Numbered from the stretch's first letter, positions 19,768-29,022 are shown. The stretch is DNA of 64,000 nt from Negativicutes bacterium (GCA_963665275.2 CAXXIN010000014.1:32001-96000), one strand, 5' to 3'. Notes: generated from the letters alone by a model not told the origin. Numbers and translations are program-made.

Positions 19768-21105
19768 TTAGGCGATGATGTGGTTTTCGTGCTCGGAGAT
19801 GATTTGTGATGTATGTTGATGAGTATCCTCAGGCGAATCTGATTGGGGCAGCTTGATTTTAGATCTTTTGGCGGCCAGCATTTTATTGCGATTTTTCTTT
19901 GCTTTACTGATTTTTGTGCGGAGAAATTTTGCGATCGGTGTCGGTTCAGCTACTACCGATTCGTCCGTTTTTTTCATGGGCGGCGTCAACAGGATCCGAT
20001 CCATCGCATTGGCGGCTTCCAATTGCATTTCCGGCAAGACATGGCTGTATAAATCTTGCGTGATCAAGGTCGAGGAATGCCCCAGCCGCTCGGAAATCGT
20101 CTTTACCGGGACATGCTCGAGCAGCAGCATCGTGGCGTGAGTGTGGCGAAGATCGTGAAAGCGGATGAGCGGCAGTTTCTCGCTGCGCAGAAGTTTCAGG
20201 AAGGCGTGGCTGAGAAACGCCGGATCATGTGGCGTTCCATTGTCATACGCCCAGACATAATCGAGCTTTTGATATAACGGGCCGGCCTCCAGCTTTTCGG
20301 CGGTCTGAATCGGTTTTAACGCGGTTAACAGGGTGATGAGCGCCTCAGGGAGTCGGATCGAACGCTCAGAGCGCTGGGTTTTTACGGGTTGGGATTTCAA
20401 TTGGCCGGCCACGCGGTTGAGTGAGTTGCGGACGAACATCAAGCCCCGATCCAGGGCGACATCTTGCCAGCGCAGCCCGCAGCATTCACCGCGGCGGAGA
20501 CCGCAGGTAGCCGCCAGCATAATCGGCAGGTGCAAGGGGGTGTTTTGGGCGGCCAGGATCAGACTGCTCAACAATTCGGGCGTGTAGGAGGAGGAACGGA
20601 ACTTTTCCGTTTTCGGCGCATCGACTGCCAAGATCGGGTTGTTCAGGATCAGGCACCATTTTACGGCGCGGTTCAAAGCGCCGCGTAACACCGCGTAGAC
20701 ATAATGGAGCATTGTTTTGGAGAGGGCGGGTTTTCGTTTGCGCAAGCGGCCAAGCAGATCTTGAAGATGGAGCGGACTGAGGGCTTTGAGTTCGATGCTG
20801 CCGATGTAGGGCGTGACGAAGGTCTCGACCGTCCATTTGTAGCTTTCATAGGTCGACTCGCGAACGGAAGGCTCCACATGATTGGCCAGCCAGCGAGTTA
20901 AAAACTCTTTGACTGTGATCTTCTCCGGATCCAGGAACTTGTCCCGTTCCTGTTCGACCAGCAAATGGGCCAAGGCTTCTTCGGCAAGGGCTTTGTCGGT
21001 GCCTGAACGAATCCAGCGGGTCTTCCATTTTCTCGTTTCGGGGTTTTGGCCAATACTCAAAACAAGATAATAAATATCCCCTTTCTTCTGAATGCTTCCC
21101 TTCAT
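19768..21105 (-). CDS. Tyrosine integrase (ICEBs1/phage type)
   Basis: N-terminal MKGSIQKKG arm-binding domain, GLRRGE, RFHDLRH, LGHS...DLYSH; RBS GGAGG. Confidence 0.95.
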   Translation of the reverse strand: MKGSIQKKGDIYYLVLSIGQNPETRKWKTRWIRSGTDKALAEEALAHLLVEQERDKFLDPEKITVKEFLTRWLANHVEPSVRESTYESYKWTVETFVTPYIGSIELKALSPLHLQDLLGRLRKRKPALSKTMLHYVYAVLRGALNRAVKWCLILNNPILAVDAPKTEKFRSSSYTPELLSSLILAAQNTPLHLPIMLAATCGLRRGECCGLRWQDVALDRGLMFVRNSLNRVAGQLKSQPVKTQRSERSIRLPEALITLLTALKPIQTAEKLEAGPLYQKLDYVWAYDNGTPHDPAFLSHAFLKLLRSEKLPLIRFHDLRHTHATMLLLEHVPVKTISERLGHSSTLITQDLYSHVLPEMQLEAANAMDRILLTPPMKKTDESVVAEPTPIAKFLRTKISKAKKNRNKMLAAKRSKIKLPQSDSPEDTHQHTSQIISEHENHIIA

Positions 21106-21251
21106 GTTGTGCCTCCTCTGCCGATATTTCATGACAAAAGGCCCGTCCGTCTTCACGGCGGGCCTTTCGGCACAGAACATATTTTGCTAATAGAATCGGT
21201 TTGTTGGGCGCGCCCATGCAGTTGCAGGTTAAATAGCGCTCTAGAGCGGAT

Positions 21252-21926
21252 CTAATCTGTCCCCATGCCGCGCGGCAGGATATGGAATAGTCCCACGCAC
21301 GGTCCAACAATACAAACCCGTTGACGATCACCGGCGGTATAGACTTCCGGTGGTTGCGAGGAGTCTGCAGCCTGCAAGACGAGGGTGTCGGGTTGCACTT
21401 GGACGCAATACCTGAGGCAAAGACGATTGCCGTCGATAATTACCATGCAAAAATCGCCGGGTCGTACCTTGGCGTTGACGTGAGTCAAGACCAAGCACCC
21501 CTCCCCAATTCCTGCCATCGCCATAGATGAATCGGGAGCCGGGAGCAGGACGGCCTGGACGCCGCGGGAAACCGTAGCGACCTCGGCCGGGACGGGATAG
21601 GTGCCGTGAAAACTCAAAAAGGCTAACCTCCCTTCAATAACGGCCACAGATTTATAGATCGGCACGTAGACAACGTCTCCGATCCGAACTGAATCTGCCG
21701 TCGCTGAATACCCCAGGAGGTTATCAACTGTGGTATTGAAAATTTGTGCGATTCGCGGCAGCATCTGAGATTCCGGCGTTCGTTTGCCGATCTCCCATCC
21801 GGATACTGTCACTGGTGAAACGCCCAATTTTTCCGCTACCTGTTTCTGGGTCATCTTCTGTTTGTGCCGTAAATTTTGCAACGTGGTTTGCAGCGGAAAA
21901 ACATGGGCAGATTTCGAATGAGTCAT
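21252..21926 (-). CDS. XRE HTH repressor with S24-like C-terminal domain
   Basis: TQKQVAEKLGVSPVTVSGWEIG HTH; DSSM..AGI..G..V peptidase-like region. Confidence 0.8.
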   Translation of the reverse strand: MTHSKSAHVFPLQTTLQNLRHKQKMTQKQVAEKLGVSPVTVSGWEIGKRTPESQMLPRIAQIFNTTVDNLLGYSATADSVRIGDVVYVPIYKSVAVIEGRLAFLSFHGTYPVPAEVATVSRGVQAVLLPAPDSSMAMAGIGEGCLVLTHVNAKVRPGDFCMVIIDGNRLCLRYCVQVQPDTLVLQAADSSQPPEVYTAGDRQRVCIVGPCVGLFHILPRGMGTD

Positions 21927-22118
21927 GAAAATAACCACCCTTCGAAGATAGTATATGCCTCTCGTTTATAAAAATCAATACATATCCTCACACATATTCA
22001 CATGAAATTCAAAGGTATTGACAGTTTTTAAACAACAGGAATAGAATAACAGCGAGCTAAAAAAATACTATCCTTAATGGATAGTATGGAATGATGGGGA
22101 AACAAGGGAGGAATTGAA

Positions 22119-22592
22119 ATGAAAGCGAAAGCAAGCACAAAAGCAGTGAAAGGGAGTGGCGGCGCGGCCCTCAGGTTGGCCAAACCCGGGGAAGCGCCGG
22201 AGCCCTGCCGTATCCCTTTGAAACCAGGAACAACAAAGCCTAGTGCGGCAGAAATGGCGTTTACGGAAGCCGCTGTCGCAAAATCAATGCTGCATACCGA
22301 ACAGATCGCGCCTGGCAACAAGCTGGCCTACAATGTCAGGGAAGCAGCGGAAGCGCTGGGGGTATCCCCCTGGTATGTGCGCGATGAGATGAATCTCGGG
22401 CGGTTGGGCTTTTCCTCCGCGCGTGGCCGCAAAATCATCCCACGCTGGGAACTGGTGCGATATCTGGAAGAATACATGCAGGGACACTCTGAAGCGGCAG
22501 GAGACGAAGAGAATACGCCACTCGTGCCAAACGACTCCGGGACCCCGTCTCTAAAGAAGGCGCTCGCAGGAAGTAAAAAAAGAATGATCTGA
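22119..22592 (+). CDS. Excisionase-like HTH protein
   Basis: LAYNVREAAEALGVS..YVRDEM..GRL....GRKIIPRWEL; divergent from the repressor. Confidence 0.75.
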   Translation: MKAKASTKAVKGSGGAALRLAKPGEAPEPCRIPLKPGTTKPSAAEMAFTEAAVAKSMLHTEQIAPGNKLAYNVREAAEALGVSPWYVRDEMNLGRLGFSSARGRKIIPRWELVRYLEEYMQGHSEAAGDEENTPLVPNDSGTPSLKKALAGSKKRMI

Positions 22593-22660
22593 CAGGTCAG
22601 CGGGTATGAAACAAGCTGGATCGGTCGGATTTTTTTATGGGCAACTGCGCTGGCGGCGCT

Positions 22661-22780
22661 TGTGGATAAGCCTGTGGATAACGCTGCGTGAAGTACAAAG
22701 ATTGCCGATCAGATGGACGCAGAGTGCCAGAGAGAGTGACAATGAGCGGCTATCAGAGTGACACACATTGTCACTCTCTC
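22661..22780. other. Putative replication origin (DnaA boxes plus iterons)
   Basis: Two perfect TGTGGATAA boxes (22661-22669, 22673-22681); AGAGTGACA repeats; 15-bp inverted repeat 22730-22744/22766-22780. Confidence 0.6.
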
Positions 22781-22952
22781 ATAGCCCGGGCCCAGTCAGC
22801 TGTAGGATGAGCGGCTCCCTAACATACAGAGAATACCTTACAGAAGAAATTACAACGGAACCTAAAGGGGACCAGCTCCAATAAGGATCAGAAAAAGGTC
22901 TGATAGAGACCCTCAGATAAAATCAAACCGATGAAAATGATGGAGAAGGAGT

Positions 22953-23624
22953 ATGGAAAATATTGCAGCGATTGTTCAAAGTCTGCTGCCGGCGAAGGGC
23001 GCCGACGGATCCTGGCAAAGAGCGAATCTGCCAGTAGCGGAACCGTCCAACAGAGCACAGCTACATCCGGATAAAGTCCCGTTCATTACTTTTCCGGTAT
23101 CTATCGGCTTGTTGGAAGGAAAGCACGTCGAGGCCATGGGAATCGCCGTCTGGTGCTTTTTATGGTGCATCAATAGGGTAACCTCGGATCGCACCGATCC
23201 GGACGGAGAGCGTTGGGGTCAGGTTCTCGGCGGCTGCCGGTTCAACCATCAACGGATTGCCGATGAACTCGGGATCAGCCTGCGGGCGGTCCGTTACCAG
23301 ATGGATCGTCTGAGATCAGGAGGTTACCTGCGCATTACCCGTTGCCAGGACGGGCAGCAGGTGGAAGTCCGGCACAGCATCAAATGGCTGCGCAGAAAAA
23401 CTCAGGGCGCGCCAAACAGCCGGCCTGAACTGCCACCACCCGTCACAAAACTACCGGACATAGATCCTCCTGTCAGCGTCCCGGAAGTGCTGGTGAACCC
23501 GGTGGTTTCGGTGGCAGAGGAGTCTATCTCGCCAGAGCCCGATGCTGAAACCGCCAAGGTGTTTTCTCTGGCGGAAGCCTTGCGCAGGAAACAATGGGAG
23601 CGGGAGCAAGGCTTGCGGGAATAA
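22953..23624 (+). CDS. Winged-HTH protein, putative replication initiator
   Basis: NHQRIADELGISLRAVRYQMDRLRSGGYL wHTH; follows the origin-like region. Confidence 0.55.
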   Translation: MENIAAIVQSLLPAKGADGSWQRANLPVAEPSNRAQLHPDKVPFITFPVSIGLLEGKHVEAMGIAVWCFLWCINRVTSDRTDPDGERWGQVLGGCRFNHQRIADELGISLRAVRYQMDRLRSGGYLRITRCQDGQQVEVRHSIKWLRRKTQGAPNSRPELPPPVTKLPDIDPPVSVPEVLVNPVVSVAEESISPEPDAETAKVFSLAEALRRKQWEREQGLRE

Positions 23625-23698
23625 AACTCCCCTCCCGCCGAAAAAGCGGGAGGGGCTGGGGGTAGGTCCGAGACCCTAGCCGACCGAGGCGATTCCGA

Positions 23699-24134
23699 CA
23701 GGGAAAACTTCCAGTGAGCTGCCGCCACCTGCCGACACGTCGGATAATAGCCCCACGTTATGTCAACCCGAAGGGCGCGCAGCGAAAGCGAGCGGTAGAC
23801 GCGTAGCGGACTACTTTTGACATAACGTTCTATTATCGGATGGGCCGGCATGACTGGGCTGAATGATGGCACCCGTTCCCCCGTCCTCCGGCAGCTACCG
23901 TGGCCGATGGATCGGGCGCGGTGGCTGCTACCCAGGCAGCAACAGACGCTAGGCAGTAACGAGGCGTGATCCGGACCGGGGCAGTATGCGCCGGGGAGGA
24001 TGACGCCGACGGGATAGGGCAGGAATCTGCGGGAGGCGATGCGGTTCCCGGCGGTCTGATGCCAAGGCGGCCCGACGAACGGCAAACGGAAGCCCGCCAC
24101 GTCGGTGGCGGGCTGGAGGCCGGGCTAGGGACGC
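23699..24134 (+). repeat. Structured GC-rich element copy A, with paired dif-like sites at 23737-23843
   Basis: Homologous to the reverse complement of 45150-45759, with compensatory changes. Confidence 0.8.
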
Positions 24135-24157
24135 AAAGCGAGATGGGGACGTTTAAA

Positions 24158-25819
24158 TTATTTGGCTCCATATTGCTTCAGATATTCTATCGTTTTCTTA
24201 AACTCAGGAATATTATATTTTTTGTCACATTCCAGCGCATAGTCGAGAGCACTACGGCGACCCTGGTCAAGGACATGCGGATTAGCGCCCATTTCCAGCA
24301 TTCGTAGGATGATTTCGGGTGGGCCGCCCCAGGCCGCGTACATCAGAGGAGTTTTCCCATATTGATCTTGCACATTAATCGCTGCGCCTCTATCCAGCAG
24401 CAAGTTCATTTTTAACCTTCTGCCACCACCGTGCTTTGCGGCCAAAATTAGGGGAGTTCCGCCCTGATTATCCCGCGCGTTAATATCTGCGCCTGCGTCA
24501 AGCAATATCAGCATTTTCGTGTTGTTATCCATAGTCGTTGATACCATCCACATCAAAGGGGTTCTTCCTTCATCATCCCGCGCATTGACTGCAGCACCCA
24601 TTTCAACAAGTAATTTTGCGATATCCGGCTTATAGGCAGCGCTAGCCTGCATTAATACCGTCGTTCCTTTGTTGTTTTTCGCATGAATATCAGCACCGTG
24701 ATCAATCAACATTTTTGACAAATCGGAAGTCCCGTTTTTCGCGGTAGCATGCAGCAACGGCGTGGATCCTGTTTCGTCCCTGGCGTTGATATCTGCGCCT
24801 GCCTCCATCAGATATTGAATTTTGTTCATGCTTTCTATTTGGCTGGGCCTATGACTACTTTGATACCAACGTACTGCTTCAATAAATGCATTGTTTTTGT
24901 CCGCCGGCGAAAAACGAATCCCTTTGGACAACAAATCTTTGACTGTTTCCAAACTCCCCCGCCCGGCCGCGTAGATCAGAGCCGTTTTCCCGCTGGCATC
25001 TTCAGCCTGGATATCGGCGCCTTGGGCAAGCAATAAATCCACGGCATCCACTTTTCCCGTTTCGGCAGCACTCATAAGTGCGATTTGACCTTGGCTGGTT
25101 TTTGAATTGACATTTGCACCGTTTTCCAACAACAGTTTCATAGCTTCGAGATTTCCTCTGTTACTGGCTACCATCAGCAGCGTATTTTCTGGAAGGGAGA
25201 TGGTTTCCACGCCAGCGAAAGGCTTCTGTCTATATATCTTTACCGTCTTTCCACCACCATCAAGGTTTTTCGCATTCACATCCGCGCCTTTGGCGATCAA
25301 GAGTCTGGCCAGATCCAGGTTGCCTTGCTCCAGCGCAATTCCGAGGGGGGCTTCCCACTGGTTGTTTCTTTCGTTGATGCCGATTCCGCCATAGATCAAG
25401 GGCTTGGCCAGGAATGGATATTCTTTGACGGCCAGTGCCGTTGGCGTTCGGACTCCTTGGGCACCCAGCAAGCAACTGAGGATAGCGCAAGCAAGAGTGA
25501 ATCCTACGAAAATTTTCGCTCGACGTTTGGCTTTCGCATCTTCGGTTAAGGACCGGTAACGGGAGAGCATGTGGCCGCTGACAGGGCAGAGGACTATAAC
25601 AATAAAAACTAAACATAACACGAACCACTCTTCCAAATTCCAAGGCTCATGTTGAGCGATAAAAGCCCAGACAAAATAAGCGATAGGTAAAAGCACAAAG
25701 AATCGAACAACGGTATACCCATCGAAAATCCGTAGATTTTTCAGCGTAGCAATCATAAAGACCAACCAGCAAACAAATACAACACTGAGAAGAGGTGCGA
25801 TCTTCACTAGCAGCAGCAT
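24158..25819 (-). CDS. Membrane-anchored ankyrin repeat protein
   Basis: About 4 N-terminal TM segments; many G.TPL..A...G....LL..GADIN repeats. Confidence 0.9.
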   Translation of the reverse strand: MLLLVKIAPLLSVVFVCWLVFMIATLKNLRIFDGYTVVRFFVLLPIAYFVWAFIAQHEPWNLEEWFVLCLVFIVIVLCPVSGHMLSRYRSLTEDAKAKRRAKIFVGFTLACAILSCLLGAQGVRTPTALAVKEYPFLAKPLIYGGIGINERNNQWEAPLGIALEQGNLDLARLLIAKGADVNAKNLDGGGKTVKIYRQKPFAGVETISLPENTLLMVASNRGNLEAMKLLLENGANVNSKTSQGQIALMSAAETGKVDAVDLLLAQGADIQAEDASGKTALIYAAGRGSLETVKDLLSKGIRFSPADKNNAFIEAVRWYQSSHRPSQIESMNKIQYLMEAGADINARDETGSTPLLHATAKNGTSDLSKMLIDHGADIHAKNNKGTTVLMQASAAYKPDIAKLLVEMGAAVNARDDEGRTPLMWMVSTTMDNNTKMLILLDAGADINARDNQGGTPLILAAKHGGGRRLKMNLLLDRGAAINVQDQYGKTPLMYAAWGGPPEIILRMLEMGANPHVLDQGRRSALDYALECDKKYNIPEFKKTIEYLKQYGAK

Positions 25820-25942
25820 AGCAGCTCCTTTCCAATTGTTGCTATTTTCCGCAGGGTATTTCTGGGTTCCTGCGGACAAAAAGCTTAATTATATAGGACG
25901 ATTGTCCTGTTGTGGACATTGAGTTATTAGTGCGAGGTCAGA

Positions 25943-25977
25943 GCGGCCCGACGAACGGCAAACGGAAGCCCGCCACG
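25943..25977 (+). repeat. Element copy D (35-bp direct repeat of the 3' part of copy A)
   Basis: GCGGCCCGACGAACGGCAAACGGAAGCCCGCCACG, identical to 24067-24101. Confidence 0.9.
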
Positions 25978-26022
25978 GATGTGACGGGCATTACGGATCG
26001 ACGCCGGCAGCATACAGCTCGC

Positions 26023-26226
26023 TCATTGGCGGGCGATACGCAGGCGAACCTGTTGGTCGATTTCGCGGCGGGCTTCCGATAGCGAAAGATGGCCGGACTC
26101 CACGCGGGCGAATATGTGGCGGCTCCATTCCGGAACTGCGGCATTCTCCAGTCGCAAATCGGCGCGGGCCTGGCGCATGGCTTCCGCCACCGGCAGGGTT
26201 GTAATGATCTTTTTCATCGGCAACAC
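26023..26226 (-). CDS. VbhA-like antitoxin family small protein
   Basis: QARADLRLEN...FARVESGHLSLSEA resembles the VbhA pattern. Confidence 0.5.
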   Translation of the reverse strand: MLPMKKIITTLPVAEAMRQARADLRLENAAVPEWSRHIFARVESGHLSLSEARREIDQQVRLRIARQ

Positions 26227-26248
26227 GCCCTTTCTGGCAATAATGTGA

Positions 26249-26292
26249 TATCAAAGTAGTATCAAAGTAGTATCAAAATAGTATCAAAGTGC
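26249..26292. repeat. 4 x 11-bp tandem repeat
   Basis: TATCAAAGTAG x2, TATCAAAATAG, TATCAAAGTGC. Confidence 0.9.
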
Positions 26293-26370
26293 TACTACTT
26301 TTATAGTATATCATGCCGCAGAGCTGCCATGGAGGAGGGCAGTCAGACGGCGAAAAAAGGAGGCTTTCCC

Positions 26371-27219
26371 ATGCAAAAAAATCAATCACTCGAACGCGTA
26401 TTCCACTTTCAAAACAAGCCGGTGCGAACGCTGGACTTCTTTGGCTCGCTCTGGTTCGTGGCGAAAGATGTCTGCGAAGTTCTCCGAATTCGAACGAATT
26501 CCATCCGGTGCGTCCTGGATGAAGATGAGGTGCGAGCGTTCAATCCCAATGACAATAGTATTGACATTGGGCAAGAGGAAGTCGGGCATGGCGGACGCAA
26601 CATGCTGGTGGTAAGCGAACCCGGACTCTATTCTCTCGTATTGAAATCGCGCAGGCCTGAAGCGCGGCAGTTCAGGCGCTGGATTACCCACGAAGTTATT
26701 CCGGTGCTGCGGGCGGCCGGCAGCTACCAAATGCCAGCTCCTGCCGGGTCGGGTCAACTGTTGCAGTTTTCCCGGCGGGATCTGCTCAATCTGGCGGTGG
26801 AGGCGGAAACCGAATGCGAGGAGCTGCGCGGTGTCGTGGTCGACATGTTGCCCAAGGTTGAATTTTACGACCGGGTGGCGGACACGAGCGCGTCGTTTTC
26901 GCTCGGAGAAACGGCCAAGATGATGGAGATCCCCGGTTTCGGACGCAACAACTTGATCCGGTTCCTGCGGGATGGGGCCGGAGTCCTGATGGCCGACAAC
27001 GTGGCCAAGCAGAAATATATCAACCGAGGCTATTTTCATATCGTACAGAGGGACTACTGCGCGCCGGACGGTACGCCGCGCGTGAAAGCGGTGACGCGGG
27101 TCTATGAAAAAGGCGTCGATTATATCCGACACCTTCTGGATGACGGTGAATACTTGGTTGCTGCAAGCGGTAGCGCAGACAGCAGCCATAGTAGATCCGC
27201 ATCCGAAGGATGGAGGTAA
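26371..27219 (+). CDS. Phage antirepressor (BRO-N plus KilAC/ANT domain)
   Basis: WFVAKDVCEVL, VSEPGLYSLVLKSRRPEARQFRRWIT, PKVEFYD..GRNNL..FLR. Confidence 0.9.
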   Translation: MQKNQSLERVFHFQNKPVRTLDFFGSLWFVAKDVCEVLRIRTNSIRCVLDEDEVRAFNPNDNSIDIGQEEVGHGGRNMLVVSEPGLYSLVLKSRRPEARQFRRWITHEVIPVLRAAGSYQMPAPAGSGQLLQFSRRDLLNLAVEAETECEELRGVVVDMLPKVEFYDRVADTSASFSLGETAKMMEIPGFGRNNLIRFLRDGAGVLMADNVAKQKYINRGYFHIVQRDYCAPDGTPRVKAVTRVYEKGVDYIRHLLDDGEYLVAASGSADSSHSRSASEGWR

Positions 27220-27527
27220 GTGGTGGCAAGCGCCAGCGCAGACAGTGGTCATAGTAGATCCGCATCCGGAATGAAGTGAAGGACGAATGAGATCTGGACC
27301 GCGCGAACGCGGGCCGGTAGGGTGGAAACGTAAAACAGCCGCCGCAGGAGAATGCGGCGACTGTTTTGAAGAAGAGGATGATACTCAGGGGCAAGCAAAG
27401 CGACCAGACAGCGCTCGCCAGTATCTACGGGTGCATATCCGTTGATACTTCATTATCTTACACCTGATGCAAGAGGAAGGACAACTTGGATTTTCCTTGG
27501 TATCGGGCAAAAAGGGAGGCATATTTT

Positions 27528-28136
27528 ATGAAAATCTGTATTGATCCGGGGCATAGCGGACCGGTAGAGCCGGGAGCTTGCGCTGGCGGCGCGACAGAGG
27601 CGGCGATTAATCTGCAGGTGGCAAAGATTCTGGGCAAGATGCTCGAGAATGCCGGGCACAAAGTAGTGTTGACGCGGGTTGATGACATCGAGGACATTAC
27701 CTTGACGTGGCGCTGCGAGGTGGCGTGGAAGTTCCGGGCGGATCTTTTTATCTGTATCCACTGCAATGCTCATGAAGATAAGGAGGCGCACGGAACGGAG
27801 ACCTGGTATTACGAGACCAGCGAGCGGGGGCACAATCTGGCGCGCTGCATCCAAGCGGCTATCGTCGCCAACTGCGGCACGACCGATCGGGGTGTGAAGT
27901 CTAAAGATGACTGGACCGTGCTGCAGGGTACCACCTGTCCGGCGGTATTGGTGGAGTTGGCATTCATCACGAATGACGAGGAGCGCGCCCGGTTGACCGA
28001 TCCATTTCTGCAGCGGCAGTTCGCGGTGGGAATCAGCAACGGGATCGAACAGTTCGCCAAGGGCGGCTCGCTGTTCGGCGGCGTGGCGGAGAGGCGACAA
28101 AGCTACGATATACGGGCCTTCGCGCGGAGGCGTTGA
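27528..28136 (+). CDS. N-acetylmuramoyl-L-alanine amidase (Amidase_3), no obvious signal peptide or cell-wall binding domain
   Basis: IDPGH...E, IHCNA, PAVLVELAFITN. Confidence 0.92.
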   Translation: MKICIDPGHSGPVEPGACAGGATEAAINLQVAKILGKMLENAGHKVVLTRVDDIEDITLTWRCEVAWKFRADLFICIHCNAHEDKEAHGTETWYYETSERGHNLARCIQAAIVANCGTTDRGVKSKDDWTVLQGTTCPAVLVELAFITNDEERARLTDPFLQRQFAVGISNGIEQFAKGGSLFGGVAERRQSYDIRAFARRR

Positions 28137-28168
28137 CAGTTTTTCGGCGGTGGATCTATACTTAGTTC

Positions 28169-28302
28169 AGACAAACGAATAGCGCACAGGGGATGGAGCG
28201 CACGCACATGGGTATCCCCGCAGGACTTGCAATCCTTGCGGCTACCATACAGTACCTCCATCCCCATTTATCGGGACACGTCGCCATGGCGTGTCCCTTT
28301 CT
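28169..28302 (+). ncRNA. Candidate small structured RNA
   Basis: TTGACA..18..TATACT promoter (28133-28162); 10-bp stem 28189-28198/28256-28265 with nested hairpin; terminator 28273-28302. Confidence 0.45.
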
Positions 28303-28543
28303 CATGCCCGGCGGCCCATCAAGGCCCATCTACTACGTTACGGCTGTGTTTTTCCTGCTTGCGTACGATCTGTACGCCGCGCAGTAAAAGCCTCGCCGTG
28401 CCTTGTAGCTGAACCTTGCTGAACCGTCGGGCGGAAAAAAGAAGCGGGATGCAGGCACAACCGGAAAACCGGGGCCTCGCGTCCCGTTTTTCATAAATAC
28501 GCAGGGAACGCGCGAAAGCGCTGCCCCGAAAGGAGGGATCCTC

Positions 28544-28768
28544 ATGGCTGTTACTAAAGCGCCCCAGGAATCCCGCATCGGCATCAAAGTCATCAACGGC
28601 GTCAACGCCACCGGGGGCAACGTGTTCAAGACGCTGGGCTTTTCCAATGTGAAGCCCGCCGCGCTGGACCAGGACGTCTACGATGTCGCCGCCAGCCTCG
28701 CAGGACTGCAGGCGAAATCGCTGGTCTCGATCGTGCGAACCGACACCGCCAACCTGATCGGCGAGTAA
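28544..28768 (+). CDS. DUF1659 family protein
   Basis: 74 aa; G.NVFKTLGFSNVKP.A.DQDVYDVA.SLAGLQ pattern; strong RBS. Confidence 0.8.
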   Translation: MAVTKAPQESRIGIKVINGVNATGGNVFKTLGFSNVKPAALDQDVYDVAASLAGLQAKSLVSIVRTDTANLIGE

Positions 28769-28802
28769 CGCCGGCACTAAATTTTAAGGAAAGGAGGGGC
28801 AA

Positions 28803-29018
28803 ATGATGACTCGAACACTCAAACTCGGATTCAAAAATGCGGACGGCAAGGATGTGAACATCCTTGTCGCCGACCCGAAAGACGGCATTACCAAAGTGGA
28901 AGCCGTCGCCGCCCAGACGCTGATCATCGCCCGGAACCTGTTCGCATCGACCGGCGGCGATCTCATCTCGGCGCTCGATCCCGTTGTGTTGACTCAGGAC
29001 ACCACGCTGCTGGCCTAG
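28803..29018 (+). CDS. DUF2922 family protein
   Basis: TLKLGFKNADGK.V.I.V.DPKDGIT..E...A...II..NLF pattern. Confidence 0.85.
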   Translation: MMTRTLKLGFKNADGKDVNILVADPKDGITKVEAVAAQTLIIARNLFASTGGDLISALDPVVLTQDTTLLA

Positions 29019-29022
29019 TCTC

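Noticed and set aside
23402-24307. ORFs over element A (and 44997-46102 over element B)
   Set aside because: GC-rich, stop-poor frames; homology between copies includes frame-breaking indels and compensatory pairing, pointing to non-coding constraint.
26249-27268. CRISPR array
   Set aside because: The repeats are 11-bp tandem units without spacers, or only two degenerate copies; no cas genes are present.
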